From Hemiscyllium ocellatum (lineage: Eukaryota), in contig NC_083436.1 of the NCBI RefSeq assembly GCF_020745735.1, forward strand, positions 33,565,299 to 33,629,298: a stretch of 64,000 bases of DNA, in the 5' to 3' direction. Position 1 is the stretch's first letter. Each line of letters starts with the position of its first letter. The notes under the pieces were generated by a model. It was not told the DNA's origin. It ran no database searches and saw nothing but the letters and a program-made list of their open reading frames with translations. Positions 38,725 through 52,106 of the stretch are shown piece by piece. Both the position numbers and the translations under genes were made by a program.

Positions 38725-38905
38725 CTGTGGAGATCTGAAATGTTTTTAAAAGTGCTGGAGAAACTCAGCGTATCTGCAATGACATACAGTTAACGTTTCA
38801 AGTTCAACAGTAATCCTTCAGAACTTATCTCTTTAATTCTGTTTCCCTCTCTAAAGATATGGCCAGACCTGCTGATATTCTTCAGCAATTTCTGCTCCAA
38901 TTTCA
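38725..38905. mobile_element. PLE-derived fold-back insertion (B-related, degenerate)
   Basis: TGCTGGAGAAACTCAGC arm and inverse GCTGATATTCTTCAGCA; minus-strand GTT-CTGAAGG..GAAA-CGTT-AAC. Confidence 0.6.
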
Positions 38906-38959
38906 AAACAGGTTTTTTTTTAACATTTGTAGGATCCGACTGAGCACATTTTATATAAA

Positions 38960-39140
38960 CACACTTAAAAAGACGTGAGGGCAACTTTCTTACACAGAGG
39001 GTGGTTCGCGTATGGAATTAACTTCCTGAGGAAGTGGTGGATGTGTGTACAATCACAATATTTAAACATTTACAGTAGATAAGAATAGGAAAGGTTTGGA
39101 TGGAAATGGACCAGGAGCAGGCAGGTCGAATTAGTTTAGT
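38960..39140 (+). mobile_element. CR1 3' end
   Basis: GNFLTQRVVRVWN*LPEEVVD; inverse paralog at 39760-40000. Confidence 0.8.
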
Positions 39141-39754
39141 CTTCAAGAAATGATTTCACTGACTGTGATACTCCTTGGGAGCCCCCTTGAAGACTCCACA
39201 GTTGTATAAATTATTCCCTTCCAGTAGGGGCTTTCAGGGAAAATAAAACGGGTATTCTTTGTCTGAAAAGCTCAATGGCTCAATGGCTTGATGGACAACA
39301 TTCAGGGGGAGCTGCAAGTGGTCTGATCCAAAGGGAAGTTGGCTGCAGAGTACCTTTTTTGATAGGGAGGATTAGTCAGTCATTACAGCATAGTCATAGC
39401 CAGAATACAGGGCACAACCAGCCAAGTCAGTGATAGTAACACCGGTGCCACATCAGAGCTATCACCACAACCCCAACCCTAAAATTCATTTGGTGGACCT
39501 ACTACCTTTATGGTTTTTCCAAGTTTCTGTTTGTAAAGAGAAGCACAAGTTAATCAGCTGAAGGAGGGCAAGTGGGTGTTAACCACCAAGAAGCTTCTAT
39601 GCACTTGTCTGTCCTTATGCCATTAGACTTCCTGGGGTCCATTATAAATGATCAGAATACCATGGAGCATTCCCACCGGAAGGTCTATCCATTGTATCAG
39701 CACTTCCAGTGAGCCTGTCTTACTATCTGGACAGTCACTGTAAATAGTTAGAAA

Positions 39755-40385
39755 GTTAGAGTCACACAGCACGGAAACAAACCCTTTGATCCAATCAGTC
39801 CAAACTAAACATAATCCCAAACTAAACTAGACCCACCTGCCTGCTCCTGGCCCATATCCCCCCAAACCTTTCCTATTCATTACTTATTCAAATGCTTACA
39901 TGTTGTAATTGTACCTACATCCACCACTTCCTCAGGAAGTTCTTCCACACGTGAACTACACTCTGTGTAGAAAAGTTGCCCTCATGTCTTTAAATCTCTC
40001 TCTCCCCTCACCTTAAAATGATGCCCACCAGTCTTGAAATCCTCCATCCTCGGGAAAAGATAATTATCATTAACTCTATCTATACCCCTCATTATTTTAT
40101 AAACTTCTATAAGGTCGTGTCTCAACCTCCTATGCTCCAGGGAAAACATTCCCAGCCTATCCAGTCTTTCTTTATAACTGAAACTTTCCATACCTGGCAA
40201 CATCCTGGTAAATCTCTTCTGAACCCTTTCCAATTTACTAATACCCTTTCTGTAACTGGGTGACCGGAACTGGACACAGTATTCCAGAAGAGGCCTTGCT
40301 AATGTCCTGTACAACCTCAATATGACTTCCCAACTCCTGTACTCAAAGGAGTGAGCAATGAAGGCAAACTTGCTGAAGGCCTTAT
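39755..40385 (-). mobile_element. CR1 LINE 3' fragment
   Basis: ORF 39982-40392 LYRTLARPLLEYCVQFRSP..LERVQKRFTRMLPGM..LEHRRLRHDLIEVYKIM. Confidence 0.92.
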
Positions 40386-40799
40386 AGGTCAATAAGAGGT
40401 CATTTAAGATTCATGCAATAAAAAGCAGAAAAATGCTCAGTAAAAGTTCACAGGATGTTATAGTCCAATTAATATCATATAGAGCCACACTGGACAGAGG
40501 TTTACAGAGAGACATCAATCTGCATTATTCCTGAATCACTATATATTCAAAACTTGAGTCAACATCAACTGAAAAAACAATACAAAGAATTAAGAAATCA
40601 TAGACTGCAAAATCCATATAATGGGAAGTGTGACCATTCAAGTCAAGTCAAGGAGCAATGGCCCAACGTGAGAATGACCCATTTTTTCCAACTCTCTGTT
40701 AGCCAATAAATAATCCATACCAGTACATTACCTCCTATGTACCCATATGTTTTAATCTTTCTAACCAGTGTCCTGTGGGGAAAGCCTTCTGGAAATTGG

Positions 40800-43065
40800 A
40801 TAGCATACTTACTCCCAGTCCAAAAGAGCAACTTCATGATGATTGGCTAAAGAAGCTGCTTTTGGAAAAGCATGGAATTAAAGTTCAAGAGTATTTTGGT
40901 CACAGGGTAAACAAAGTTGGATTACACCCTATGCAGAATGAAGTTCAAGCCATTAGAAATGTACCACACTCTCAGAATATTTCTAAATGCGGATTTTTTT
41001 TTGCATATTGTAAATCAATACAGTAATCTCATACCAAATCTCACAAATTTGAGGCATTCAGAGAACAAACTCTTGAGGAAGAGTGTTCCATACTTGTGAA
41101 CAAAGGTGTATTCAGGTTGTGTAAAAGTCAACTGGAAGATGATGCAATGTTTGTCCATAGTGATGTGTGTCCAAAAGAGTTGAAAAGCATTTGATGTCTC
41201 TACATTGCAGATTAGATGCCATGATCTCTGACATTTTGGATAATGTTGAGGAAGGACCAGTGATAATGAGAGGAATTATATTAAATAGATATTGAAGCAC
41301 TGTATGTGATTTTTGGAGTGAGATGATTTCACCAACTTGCACGAATATACACAATTGACACTGATCACAGATCACTGATGGACATTTTAAATCCTAATGC
41401 CTAGTATCCATCTAGAGCCCAGATTCAGAGATGGACTTTGGTTGCGTGTCAGTCTGCCCGAAGTGCAGACAATTGGAAGATAATTACAATGCCAATGTGG
41501 GGTCTAGATTATTATCCCCATCTGACCCAGGACCCACTAGGGAGGATAATATGTTTCTCCTCACACCTAGATGCCAGTCACTGTAGATGACAATGGTAGA
41601 ACAAACAAAGGTGTGTTACAAATGGGAGACCAACACAAAAACTGTATTTAGAAATCAGGCCTTTTTAAATTTGTAAAGATGAATTGTCTGTTGTTAAAGT
41701 TTATGTCAAGTGGAAGGCCAGAGTTATAATGTCGGGTTAGGATTTTAGTTGCTACTTGATGTTCATGATCACCACTAAGGGATTAGTTTGACTAAGAGGC
41801 TGGCAAGGAGCCATGTTTGGTGGCCATGGTTAGATGAGGACAAGCTTCAGAGAGGAAGCCATCATCATATCTTTGCAGCCCTGGAAGTGACCAGCTCAGG
41901 GGTGGTAGAGGCTGTACCTTGATTTAGAAGAGATTTAAGGAGCAACAACTACTCATTTCAATGGATAGTCATTCTATTATCACAGACTGAAGTGATTGCA
42001 ATAAATTGAATGACAACTAATGAAGGTTTGGAGATTTTGAATTGTTTAATTGCTGCTTATGGGTTCCCTCAGGAAACTATTTTGTCTGAGAATGGACTCA
42101 TTTTGTTCAGAATATTTTTCAAATTTCATGATAATAGGTTTGAGTTTCGCTGTACCATCCTGCTTCAAGCTGAACAGCGAGCACACTGTACAAATTATTA
42201 AGTGCTATCTTGTTAAACTAATGCTTGATCCAAACTGGAAGAAATGTCAGATATCATTGAATCACAAACTAGCAAATACTTTCGTTTATTTATAGTAATA
42301 CACCTCATACCACTATCGGAGAACATCAGCTAAACTGTTTCTTGGAAGACAGTCCAGAGACAAGACTTCATTGCTGAAGCGACATTTAGCAGAGTCAGCC
42401 GAAGAAAAACAATGCAGATCGAAAGAGAGTCAAGACAGGGGTAGAGTGAAAGAAAGAAGCATGAAGCTGAACCAGAAGGTTCAGGTGAAAAAAACATTAT
42501 TATGACTGGTTGAAATGGCCACACGGGAGAGTCATAAACATATACATGATCACCCATGATTAGTCAAGATTTTAATATTCAAAAGGTTACGTTTGTCTAT
42601 GTAGTTTACATTCAGAGGTTCATGAGAAAGAAAGGAGTGGGAAGAATCAAATGAGTCAGATGAACTGCATAGTTAGAGGGTGAATAAAGCACCTATTGTT
42701 CCCCCAAACACTGCCTGAATCCAGTTCCGATCTGAGTCAGAGTTAGGCAGGGACATTTGATGAAGGGGAAAATTCCAATTGAAGGTCAAGTGCAAAATCA
42801 GGAAAAAAATATCTCCATCTCAGGTCCAGATGCATCATGTTCTGGAAGTCAGAGTGAAGAAAGTGAAAGCAGAGGGAAAACTAGATTTGTTAATTAGTGG
42901 ATAATAAATATGTGGTGCATGGAATTGTGAACCTTGTGTGACATCTTCATGAAAGAATAAGGAGTGCACTAGCACTCTTTTCTTGCCATTGGTATTGATG
43001 TGTATGCCGGAATAAAGCGGTTTGTTTATGGCATTGACTTTCCATGTGCCTCACACTGTTTTCAT
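40800..43065 (+). mobile_element. Degenerate Gypsy/Ty3 LTR retrotransposon pol (RT connection, RNase H, integrase) with probable 3' LTR remnant
   Basis: EYFGHRVNKVGLHPMQNEVQAIRNVP; LIPNL..NKLLRKSVP; TDHRSL; IQRW; HDHH*GISLTKRLARSHVWWPWLD; LIAAYGFPQETILSENG; LNHKLAN..NTPHTT. The domain order RT-RH-IN is diagnostic of Gypsy; AATAAA near 43011. Confidence 0.88.
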
Positions 43066-45999
43066 CTGTCCTGCAAAGATATCACTTTCTGGGAGGCACT
43101 ATCCCTCTCCCCTCCCCATAATATCTAACTTGCTGAATCTTTCAGCATTTTCTGTTTTTACTTCAGATTTTCAGCACCTCAGTATTTTGCCTTTGGGTAT
43201 GTGTTAGTGATCTTGGTCAAGGGGGAATGGTATTGCTTTGGACACCAGGTATAACCATCCTCCTTCTTTGAATAGAGATAAGACCATTGTCAGTCCTAAT
43301 CCAAGGGCAAACAGGGTATTGCTTTAACATTTCAACTGAAAGGCACCCGTTATCTCCGACAATGCAGCACTCCCTCTGTACTGCATTGAAGAATCAGCCT
43401 TGGTATGAGTCCCAGATTCAGGAGTTGGACTTGAAACCACAAGTCCTTGACACAAAGAAGTGCAGTCACTAACTACTGCTGACAGAGATACACACAGACT
43501 ACAATAGCATTTTCAATCATTATAACTTTCATTTAATGGCAACATTAACTTATTTGGACTGCCCCTGTATTTTAATTTAGAAAAACCCTTCACATCTTGC
43601 CACACCAAACTAAATGGTCAAGCCGAATTATTGTGATGACACACCTTCACATTTCGTAAGGTGCTGAATCGAATGGGCATCATATGCTGGCACTGAGCAA
43701 AATGCACCAAATCCAGTTTTCTGGCTAGGTTGTCCCAGTCACCAACAGTAAAGGCCACATCAAATTTTGATGATCACTAAAACCAGGTGTAGTTAGTTTT
43801 AGATGTTCAGACATGCTATGGCATATCTCTGGCGAGAGTGAATTTGAAACCAGATCTTCTGTCTCAAGGGTAGGAACACTGCCACTACACCACAAGAAAC
43901 CCAGGTTTGAGCTTACCCACTAAGACGTGCCAATTAGTGATCCCAATCTCCTGGGGTATGGATAAAATTAGGACATTTAGCTACACAGATAGACAAAGTT
44001 GGGTAAACAGCAATGCAAGGAAAGAGACCGCAGCAGTTGAGAATCAGGAACAGGCAGGGAGAGCATCCAGCAGAGGGTACCAGGACTGGACAGAGGAGAA
44101 GTGAGCACAATGTTGGGCACTTGGATTGAGGGCAGTAAGAGAGTAGCAGTGGGTGACAGGATTGTGTAGTGAGTGAGCACTCTCTGGGGTTGGGAAGGTG
44201 AAGAGTGGCATTGGAAGCCAAGACAAAGGAGGGAACAGGGTTGTACACTTGTGTGGAACTGCACAGCAGATCTGACATTTTTGATGAAGCGGGCACCCCA
44301 TTCTGGGTCATTCTGACTCAACTCAAAGAACCGAGCTTCCAAAGATAGAATTAAACAAGCATTGCATAAAAGACAGAATCTAACACTAATCTTATGAAGA
44401 AGTGATTGCATTTTAATAACTCATAGACAATGAAAGCCTGGAAGTGAATAAGAGCCCATGCTTGAATGTCCATGCTCATACTGTAGATTTCAGCTCAGTT
44501 CATACCAACTGCTGGAAAAGCTACATGGCATCATTTACTTGTATGTTGATGCCTTTTGTGCATGTTACATCTAAAAGGGAATTGTTTTATGGAAATGGCT
44601 CCCCCTGACACTGCTCATTGATGGAACCCCTACTTTTTTGACCATACTGCTACTGGAGGCCATGCCTGATTTGCTCGGAATTCTTAAGTTCCCTCCACCT
44701 CCCTCTCAGACCCTCCTGTCAAACCAGCCATCATTCAGGTAGATGGAGAACTGCAAGGCTTCCTCACACTCCCTAGTAGCTCCTCCTTCAGCTCAGCACC
44801 ATCCTTTTTGTTTCCCTTTACTCCTCAGTGAGGCACCCGGAGGAGGCATTTTGTATCCTTCTAAATTTAAGATGCTACACAAATGGAAATTGTTGTTGTC
44901 CAGAGAACAATAACCTCACAGCTGGTCAGGCAGCGTACAATTTGGAGCAAGTTCTCTTGCAGTGCAGTGGTAGTGTCACTACCTCTGAGCCAGCAGACTC
45001 AGTTTGAATAAAATATATCCAAAATAAGGAAGGAGAATCGCTACAGGTTTGACCATTTCTTGACAAATTGTCTGAGCAGAAGTGGATAAAGGAGATGATG
45101 TGATGAATGCGTGTTTATACTGTAACAAACTCAGCTTCACTTGGTTGATAATTTTAATTTGAGGTTTTGGCTATAATTGGAGAAAGTGCATGAATATTTC
45201 ATCCAGGTTTTTGTGGTTAAAAAGGCTCTTGTGTCAAAGTGTCCCACATTCAGTGATTTAAAGTAAGGGGCTTTGTAATTCCTTTGCTAAAACAACACTG
45301 TCTCAGCACATTCTGTAAGACCAAACAAGGAAGCTTCAATTTCATTACCTTCAGGGAATTAGCAAGCTCCAGTTCGGCATAAATATTTAAATAGAATCAA
45401 TCCTGTTCAAAGCTTTGGAATCAAAGCCCAGAGAGAAAACTGAGGTTATGGAACTGGCGATTAGACTTATGCTGCTGTCTGATAGGAATGAAAGTGATAT
45501 CAGAAACTATTATCATCACGCTTTCACAAAGTACCTGCGCAACTCCCCACGGTAAATACCAATCTAGCCTTGGAAAAATGTCATCTTTCAGCCAGTGTCT
45601 CCTAATTTGAAAACAAACAAGGAAGCACAGTCTCATGTGTCATTGCTATGGGTCCAGAGTTATAACTTTCTTCATTTCCTTTTAAGAAAAGGTACAGCTT
45701 TGATCATTGTTGAGAAGCGCAAGTGAATGGCCTCCTCCTGTTTTATATGTTCTATATAACAGCCTCCTTCTCTCCCATAACCAGCCTCTGGCTGCATATA
45801 GTGGTGGATATGGGAATAGCTTACCCTCCTTACTCGGGGAGAAGTTGAGCTTGGTTGCATGATTGTTCCAGGCCAGAGAAATAACTGGGTTCAGAAATTC
45901 AAATAAAGGGGCCTACTTCCAATACCCAAACAGCTTTGGCAGCATATCCACCACCATATGCAGCTAGGGACTGGTTATGGGATAGAAGGAGGATGTTAT

Positions 46000-46730
46000 A
46001 CAGAACATACAAACTAGGAGGAAGCCATTCAGCCCTTCGAGCCTGCTCCACCATTCATTTTGAGTATGGCTTGGTCATCCAACTGAGTCCCAAGTTTCTC
46101 CCCAAACCTTCGATCCCTTTAGCCCTAAGAACCATACCTAACTTCTGCTTGAAATATTCAAGATTTTAGCCTCAACCATTTTCTGTGGGAGAGAATTCCA
46201 CAAGCTCATTGTTCTCTGAGTGAAGAAATTTCTCCTCATCTCACACCTGAAGGGCCTGTCTTACACCCTTAGATTGTGACCCCTAGTTCTGGACAGCCCA
46301 GTCATCAGGAACATCTCTGCTGCAGTTACCCTGTCAAGTGCTGTTAGAGTTTTATAGGTTTCTATGAGAATACAAGTTTGTATGTTCAGCTCATTGTGTC
46401 CATGCCAACACCCTGAAAGAGTAGCTCACCTTGTCCCACTGCCCAGCTATTTAACTACAGCCTAGAATTTATTTTCTTCTCAGAAACTTCTCCAATTCTC
46501 CTTTGAAAATCACTATTGCATTTGGATCCAACCCACCGTCAGGAAGTGCATTCCAAGTTATAAGACCATAGGCCAAAAGACCATAAAGACATAGGAGCAG
46601 AATTAGGCTATTCAATCCACTGAGTCTACTCTGCCCTTCAATCATGGCTAACCTGTTTCTCACCCTCCCCCATTCTCCTAACTTCTCCCCTTGATTCCCT
46701 TACTAATAAAGAATCTATCCATTGCAGTCG
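46000..46730 (-). mobile_element. Cluster of CR1 3' tails
   Basis: Repeated CATAGGAGCAGAATTAGGC-type tails and WNALP/WNSLP-encoding segments. Confidence 0.75.
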
Positions 46731-47017
46731 TAAAACATAACTGCTCAGTCTGTACAAAGATGTACTAAACACTGTAGAGCCATTGTTGTTGGCCTTCTAA
46801 AAACAGCATTCAGCCCTCTTAGTATCCTTGAAAGAACATATACCTGTTTTCAGATTCAAACCAGAAGTTAGTTTACATAGTTAGTTTAAGAGATTTTTTT
46901 TTTGACCTTATTCATTCACAGGTTGCAAGCATCAGCTAGCTAGGCCAACATTTATTGCCCATCTCTAAATGCCCAGTGAACAATTCTGAGTCAACCACAT
47001 TGCTGTAGGACTGGAGC

Positions 47018-47365
47018 AGCACGGTGGCTCAGTGGTAAACACTGCTGCCCCACTGTACCTAGGACCTAGATTTGATTCCATCCTCAGGTGACTGTCTGTG
47101 TGGAGTTTGCCCATTCTTCCCGTGTCTGTGTAGGTTTCCTCTGGGTGCTACGGTTTCCTCCCACAATCCAAGGATGTGCAGGTTAGGTGGACTGGCCATG
47201 CTAAATTGCCCATAGTGTTCAGAGATGTGTAGATTAGATGGATTAGGTATGGGAAATGCACAGTTCCAGGGAAAGGGTTGGGTGGGAGGTGTGGTGTTGT
47301 TCAGAGAGTAGGTGTGAACATGTTGGGCCAAATGGTCTGTTTCCACACTGTAGGCATTCTATGAT
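47018..47365 (+). mobile_element. HE1/V-SINE-type SINE nested in an L2-tailed SINE (~46905-47620, minus)
   Basis: GCACGGTGGCTCAGTGG head and V core; the flanks continue the host SINE. Confidence 0.85.
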
Positions 47366-49224
47366 GGAGGGTCATGTATAGGGCAGAGCAGGTAAGGAGA
47401 TCAGATTTCCTGATCTAAAGAACATTAGTGTACCAGATGGGTTTTCCCCTGACTATCAGCAATGGTTTCAGGGTCATTACTAAGACTCTAATCACCAGAC
47501 CTTTATTGAATTCAAACTCTGCAATTTGTCCTGGTGAGATTTGAACCCATGACTCCAGAACATTATCTGGGTCTTTGGATTAATCACCTAGCGATAATAC
47601 CATGAGGCTATTACCTCTCCTGCAGATCAATAATCCTTTACACTGAAAAATACATCCCTGATTGTCCAGTTGGGATGAGCAGATGTTTGCCACACTGCAC
47701 ACTCTTGGTTGTATCACCACATTCTCCTTTTCATTGCCTCCTCCTCCTTTCATGAACCAACCGAAGACATCAGTGAGTTTCTCACTGGGTCAGTGTCACC
47801 CGCCATGTCCAGGCACAGTGACCAGGGAGCCCATTCTAGGTCTGCACCCACAGTTAACCAGTACTAGCTTAGTACAGCCTCATTCAGCACACATGCAAGC
47901 TCTGATGTACATGCCTGGCCCTGCACCTTCTGATGCAGCCTATTGGCTAGGAATTATTGGCCTTAATAGTAGCGCATGAACATAAGTCCACATTCATATC
48001 AAATATGCCTTGCACTATTTAACTCATTCAAAACACATACACAAACACAAGACATTGATTGCAATTTTAGTAAAGCTCACGGAGAAACTGCAGAACAATT
48101 TTAACTACAATTCATTAGTTCTTCTCAAGCCGTCTCCAGCAACAACATACAGAGTGGAAGAGTGCAGCAGTTTTTGCAGAATAGCCACATTGTTACTGGC
48201 AGAGTGTCTGCCCTTCCCAAGGTACCTTGTACAATGTCCTTGACAACTTCATTATGCAGAGCACAGCGGGACCTGTTTAGTGAAGCTTGGGAACTCCCAC
48301 GTCCTGTGTAACCAACCACCATCAAAAGACATTTGAGAAAGGCCGAGTTCTGTCTGTGGGGACCTGTGCCAGAGCACTGGATGGATAGCTTCAAACAGAA
48401 CTAATCAAGTGCAGCACAGTATAGGTACAGGGATCCACAAAAGACACAGTTGATAAATAGTCTTGCTTAGTAAAAGTTATTTGATTGCACTGCTTTAGGT
48501 ATAATCGTAGGACGACGACCACAACTTGACGGTAATAGGAGAGGTTGTTCGGCCCATTAGCTCAGTGCAGGATATTTGCCAATGAAGCCCAACATTAATC
48601 AAACCACTCTACTCTCTCCTTAGCGCCGTCTATTGGGCCCTCCTTCAAATTTTTAATCAATTCACAGGCAGCAGCTGTGTCGTGTCTGAGCCTCTCTCCC
48701 ATTCTTAGACCCTGAGCGGATTGTCCTTCAACTTTTAATCACTATTTTCTTTTTACAATTTCTTCAAAACCTCTCTTGTAAGCCATCTTTCCAAGAGAAG
48801 GAACGAGGCTTTTGCTTGCTGGAAGAAATAGGTTTTAAAGGACTTCTTAAAAGAGGAGGAAGATCCAGAGAAAGAAGTTCAAGCTGCGAATACTAGCATT
48901 GAGGATGTAGACGATGAAAGGCCTGGCCACCACTGAAGACCCATTTGATGTAAAGGATGCTCTAGATCTTAAGACAGAGAATGAATCAATATTTTTCCTA
49001 CACTGTCAAAAATCTCCAGACTCCATGGCCTCTCTCTTGTCTCAGTTATTCTTGGCTTTGGTCGCACATGCTCACTTGTTTGCAAACTACTGACGGATAT
49101 GAGTAGATGTTACCTCGGCATCTGGAGGCACTAGAGGACTGTTCAAGATTTAGAAGTGTAAGTCATTGAACTGGGCTTAAATCTTGAACAGTCTGGTTCA
49201 ATAACATTCAAAGGAATACTGAAG

Positions 49225-49370
49225 GTTAAAACAATGACTGCAGATGCTGGAAACCAGAGTCTAGTTTAGAGTGGTGCTGGAAAAGCACAGCAGTTCAGGC
49301 AGCATCAAAGGAGCAGTAAAATCAATGTTTCAGGCAAAAGCCCTTCATTGGGAATACAGGCAGAGAGCCC
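49225..49370 (-). mobile_element. PLE terminal fragment, family A, single arm
   Basis: TSD CAAAGG(A/T)ATACTGAAG at 49209-49224 and 49371-49386; decayed hammerhead CCAATGA-AGGGCTTTTGCCT-GAAA on the minus strand. Confidence 0.8.
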
Positions 49371-50760
49371 CAAAGGTATACTGAAGTCTTGCCTGTGATT
49401 CTTAAATTTACTGGATTCTTTAAAAGTTTCTGAACGAGAATTAGCTCTCTCTCAGCTAGCCTTTAGTGATTAAACGACCACTAAAGTTCCTTAGAGTTTC
49501 TGAATGATATTTTGCAAGAATAAAATGCTGAATAATGTAAGGTGTGATTAGAATGATAAATGCAGTGTAGAAGGCACAGTGAATTATTGTCCCTTGTCTC
49601 AATTCTATTCTTAAATCCACACCCAACTCCTATTCTTTAGTCACAATCCATCTTCACTAGGGTGTGGCAGACAGACTCCCAGCCAAACCCTCCCACACCT
49701 TGTAATCCAGATCCACATCTCCTCTTCAATGGGAACTTGGGCTGTTTCATTTTGCTAAAAGCGCGATTACAATGCAAGTTGGGGCTGCTGTTGACTTGAG
49801 GGTGGTCTTGAAATGTTAGCTGTTTTCCTTTCTCTGCTGGTGCTGCCTCGTGAAAGAAACACAGACAGCGTTTTCTGTTTTTATTTCAATATCTAGTCTT
49901 CACGGTATTATCCTTTTTGTTCAAAACGCTGCAAATGCTGGAACAACAAAACAAAACTTACTACATCCAGCAGTCAGGCTTGAAACCTTTCAGGGCAGCA
50001 ACTCTTTATCACAAATGGAAAAAGCTAGAGGTGTATCAGGTTTTGAGTGAATACTAAAGCAGGACAAGGTGTGTTTTGATAGGGGGTGGTGGGGGGGGGG
50101 GGGGGTAGTCGGAGGAGATGGAAAAGCATGGGAGAAGATGGAAGGCAGGGGACAGCAAATAAAGAATAACAAAAAGTAAGGAGGCAGGTATCAAAACAAA
50201 AGATAGGGCCAGAGAAGGTGGTAAAATGGGAATAGGAGCATCACCTTCGACTCTGATCATCCAAACCACAATGCATAACGGCAAAGATTACAGTCCAAAA
50301 TTGTTGCATAAACGGTTGAGTCTGGAAGTGTTTAGAGACTGTCAAGTTTAAAAATGAAGAGTTGTTCTTTGAATCTAAGGTAAGCTGCGTTAAAACCACA
50401 CAAGAGGCCCAAACTGGAGAAGTCATTGTGTGATTAAGGTGGAGAACTGAAATGACAGACTACTGGAAGATCAATGCCCCCTCAATACCCAGAAGCAATG
50501 CCACCTGGAGGCCAAATGCTCATTGGAAGCCTTCCCCACAGCCATCACATGTGGACTATAACTGACCAATTGCGAGTTTCCTAGCTTTCACGTTGGAGAA
50601 CACCCCATCCTCTGTAGCTGCTAGCCTAACTGATTGGCCAGGAACATTGTCACCCTTAGCAATGCCAGAGTTCAGGCTGTTGGTCTTGCAGGAAGAAAGC
50701 TGATGGGGCTGCTGAAGGAAGCTCTAAGATTTTACAGTAGGGATGGATATTAGAGCCCAG

Positions 50761-50786
50761 GAGAGAGAGAGAGAGAGAGAGAGAGG
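50761..50786. repeat. (GA)n microsatellite
   Basis: About 12 GA units; a poly-G run also lies at ~50090-50105. Confidence 0.9.
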
Positions 50787-51010
50787 AGGCTGTGCTAGGG
50801 GCAACTTCTGTCAAGCAAGTGATATGGAGGGAAGGGTGGAGTGGCATCTGGAGATACACATTGCGCCTTCCCTCCCGAATGAAAGCCTACTCCTGTTTCT
50901 ATTTACTATGGTCTTACAAAATGATGTCTTTTTGTTTCAATTGCTCAGTTTGTTGCTGGTTTACTTCAACCTTTGGCTGCCTAATGAAAAAACTGCTCTT
51001 CTTTTTGATG

Positions 51011-51222
51011 TGGTTAAAAATCCACACAACACCAGGTTATAGTCCAACAGGTTTATTTGGAAGCACTAGCTTTCGGAGTGCTGTGCCTTCAACAGTTACC
51101 CGATGAAGGAGCAGCGCTCCGAAAGCTAGTGCTTCCAAATAAACCTGTTGGATTATAACCTGGTGTTGTATGATTCTTAACTTTGTCCACCCCACTTCAA
51201 CACAGGCACCTCCACGTCATGG
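51011..51222. mobile_element. PLE-derived fold-back insertion, family C, with two head-to-head hammerhead motifs
   Basis: Perfect 13-bp TSD CTTCTTTTTGATG at 50998-51010 and 51223-51235. Plus strand: TAC-CCGATGA-AGGAGCAGCGCTCC-GAAA-GCTA-GTG (51097-51131). Minus strand: CTGTTGA-AGGCACAGCACTCC-GAAA-GCTA-GTG (51064-51095). Confidence 0.88.
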
Positions 51223-52066
51223 CTTCTTTTTGATGAGATTGTTACCGTCTCTTTAATTCCGCTCAACACTATCTCATTCCCTGCATTTGATCATATGTTT
51301 ACTGAAGGCCATGCTTTAACTGCATCTCTTATCCTCGCAATCATCCCTGGCTCAGACAATAATATGAATAAAAATGGAGCTGACACAAGTGCCAAAGGGC
51401 CTGAAACATGAAGGTTTTCCTTCACTTCTCCGGTCAACTGAAGCTCTCAGTGTAGCGTTCTCACCTCTTCAGAAACTTGAGCAAAAACCTGGATCCTCCA
51501 AGTGGTTGTTGTGATTTCTCAGCTGACCCATTACCCTGAAGCCCCAAATACCCTCTTGAGAGAATGTGAAAGGTCCCACAGCGCTATTCAAAGCAGTTCG
51601 CCCTGGTATCAATCCAATTCACAAAATGGATGAGCTGATTACGAACTCATTGCCTTTTGGGGGATCTTGCTGCGCATAAGTTGCCTGCCAATTTTCCCAC
51701 GTCTGGACAACACTGGCACCTCAAACAAATCTCAAGTAGAGAATTCCCTTTTCCTCCGCAGCAAGATACATCCCAGTGACAATTCCATTCCCATCTACAG
51801 TACAGAACTATAGTGCTTCAAAATCCAGGAGACAATAAACCATTTAGGCCAGAGAAAGATTATTAACTGAATGAGTTAACTCAGTTTCTTTTTCCACTTT
51901 TGCTTCCTGACTTGCTGACTTTCTGATTTTCAAAATTTTCTATTTTTTTTCACATTTCTAACATCCTCAGTATGCTGCTTTTGCACTCCCATTGACAAAT
52001 ACAATAGTGCTGAAAATGTGTTGCTGGAAAAGCGCAGCAGGTCAGGCAGCATCTAAGGAACAGGAA

Positions 52067-52101
52067 ATTCGACGTTTCGGGCATAAGCTCTTCATCAGGA
52101 T
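52067..52101 (-). ncRNA. Minimal hammerhead ribozyme motif
   Basis: ATC-CTGATGA-A-GAGC-TTAT-GCCC-GAAA-CGTC-GAAT; GUC cleavage triplet. Confidence 0.75.
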
Positions 52102-52106
52102 GAATC

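Noticed and set aside
43934-44411. Overlapping 125- and 144-aa minus-strand ORFs
   Set aside because: No recognisable domain; open frames are expected in this compositionally skewed tract.
45421-45556. Possible plus-strand exon (MELAIRLMLLSDRNESDIRNYYHHAFTKYLRNSP) ending near GTAAAT
   Set aside because: Weak acceptor, no recognised protein, no partner exons.
48131-48221. Possible AG..GT exon
   Set aside because: Weak donor and no recognisable translation.
51011-51222. Palindromes as pre-miRNAs, rho-independent terminators or CRISPR repeats
   Set aside because: They are dispersed multi-copy insertions with TSDs in eukaryotic DNA, with no repeat-spacer array.
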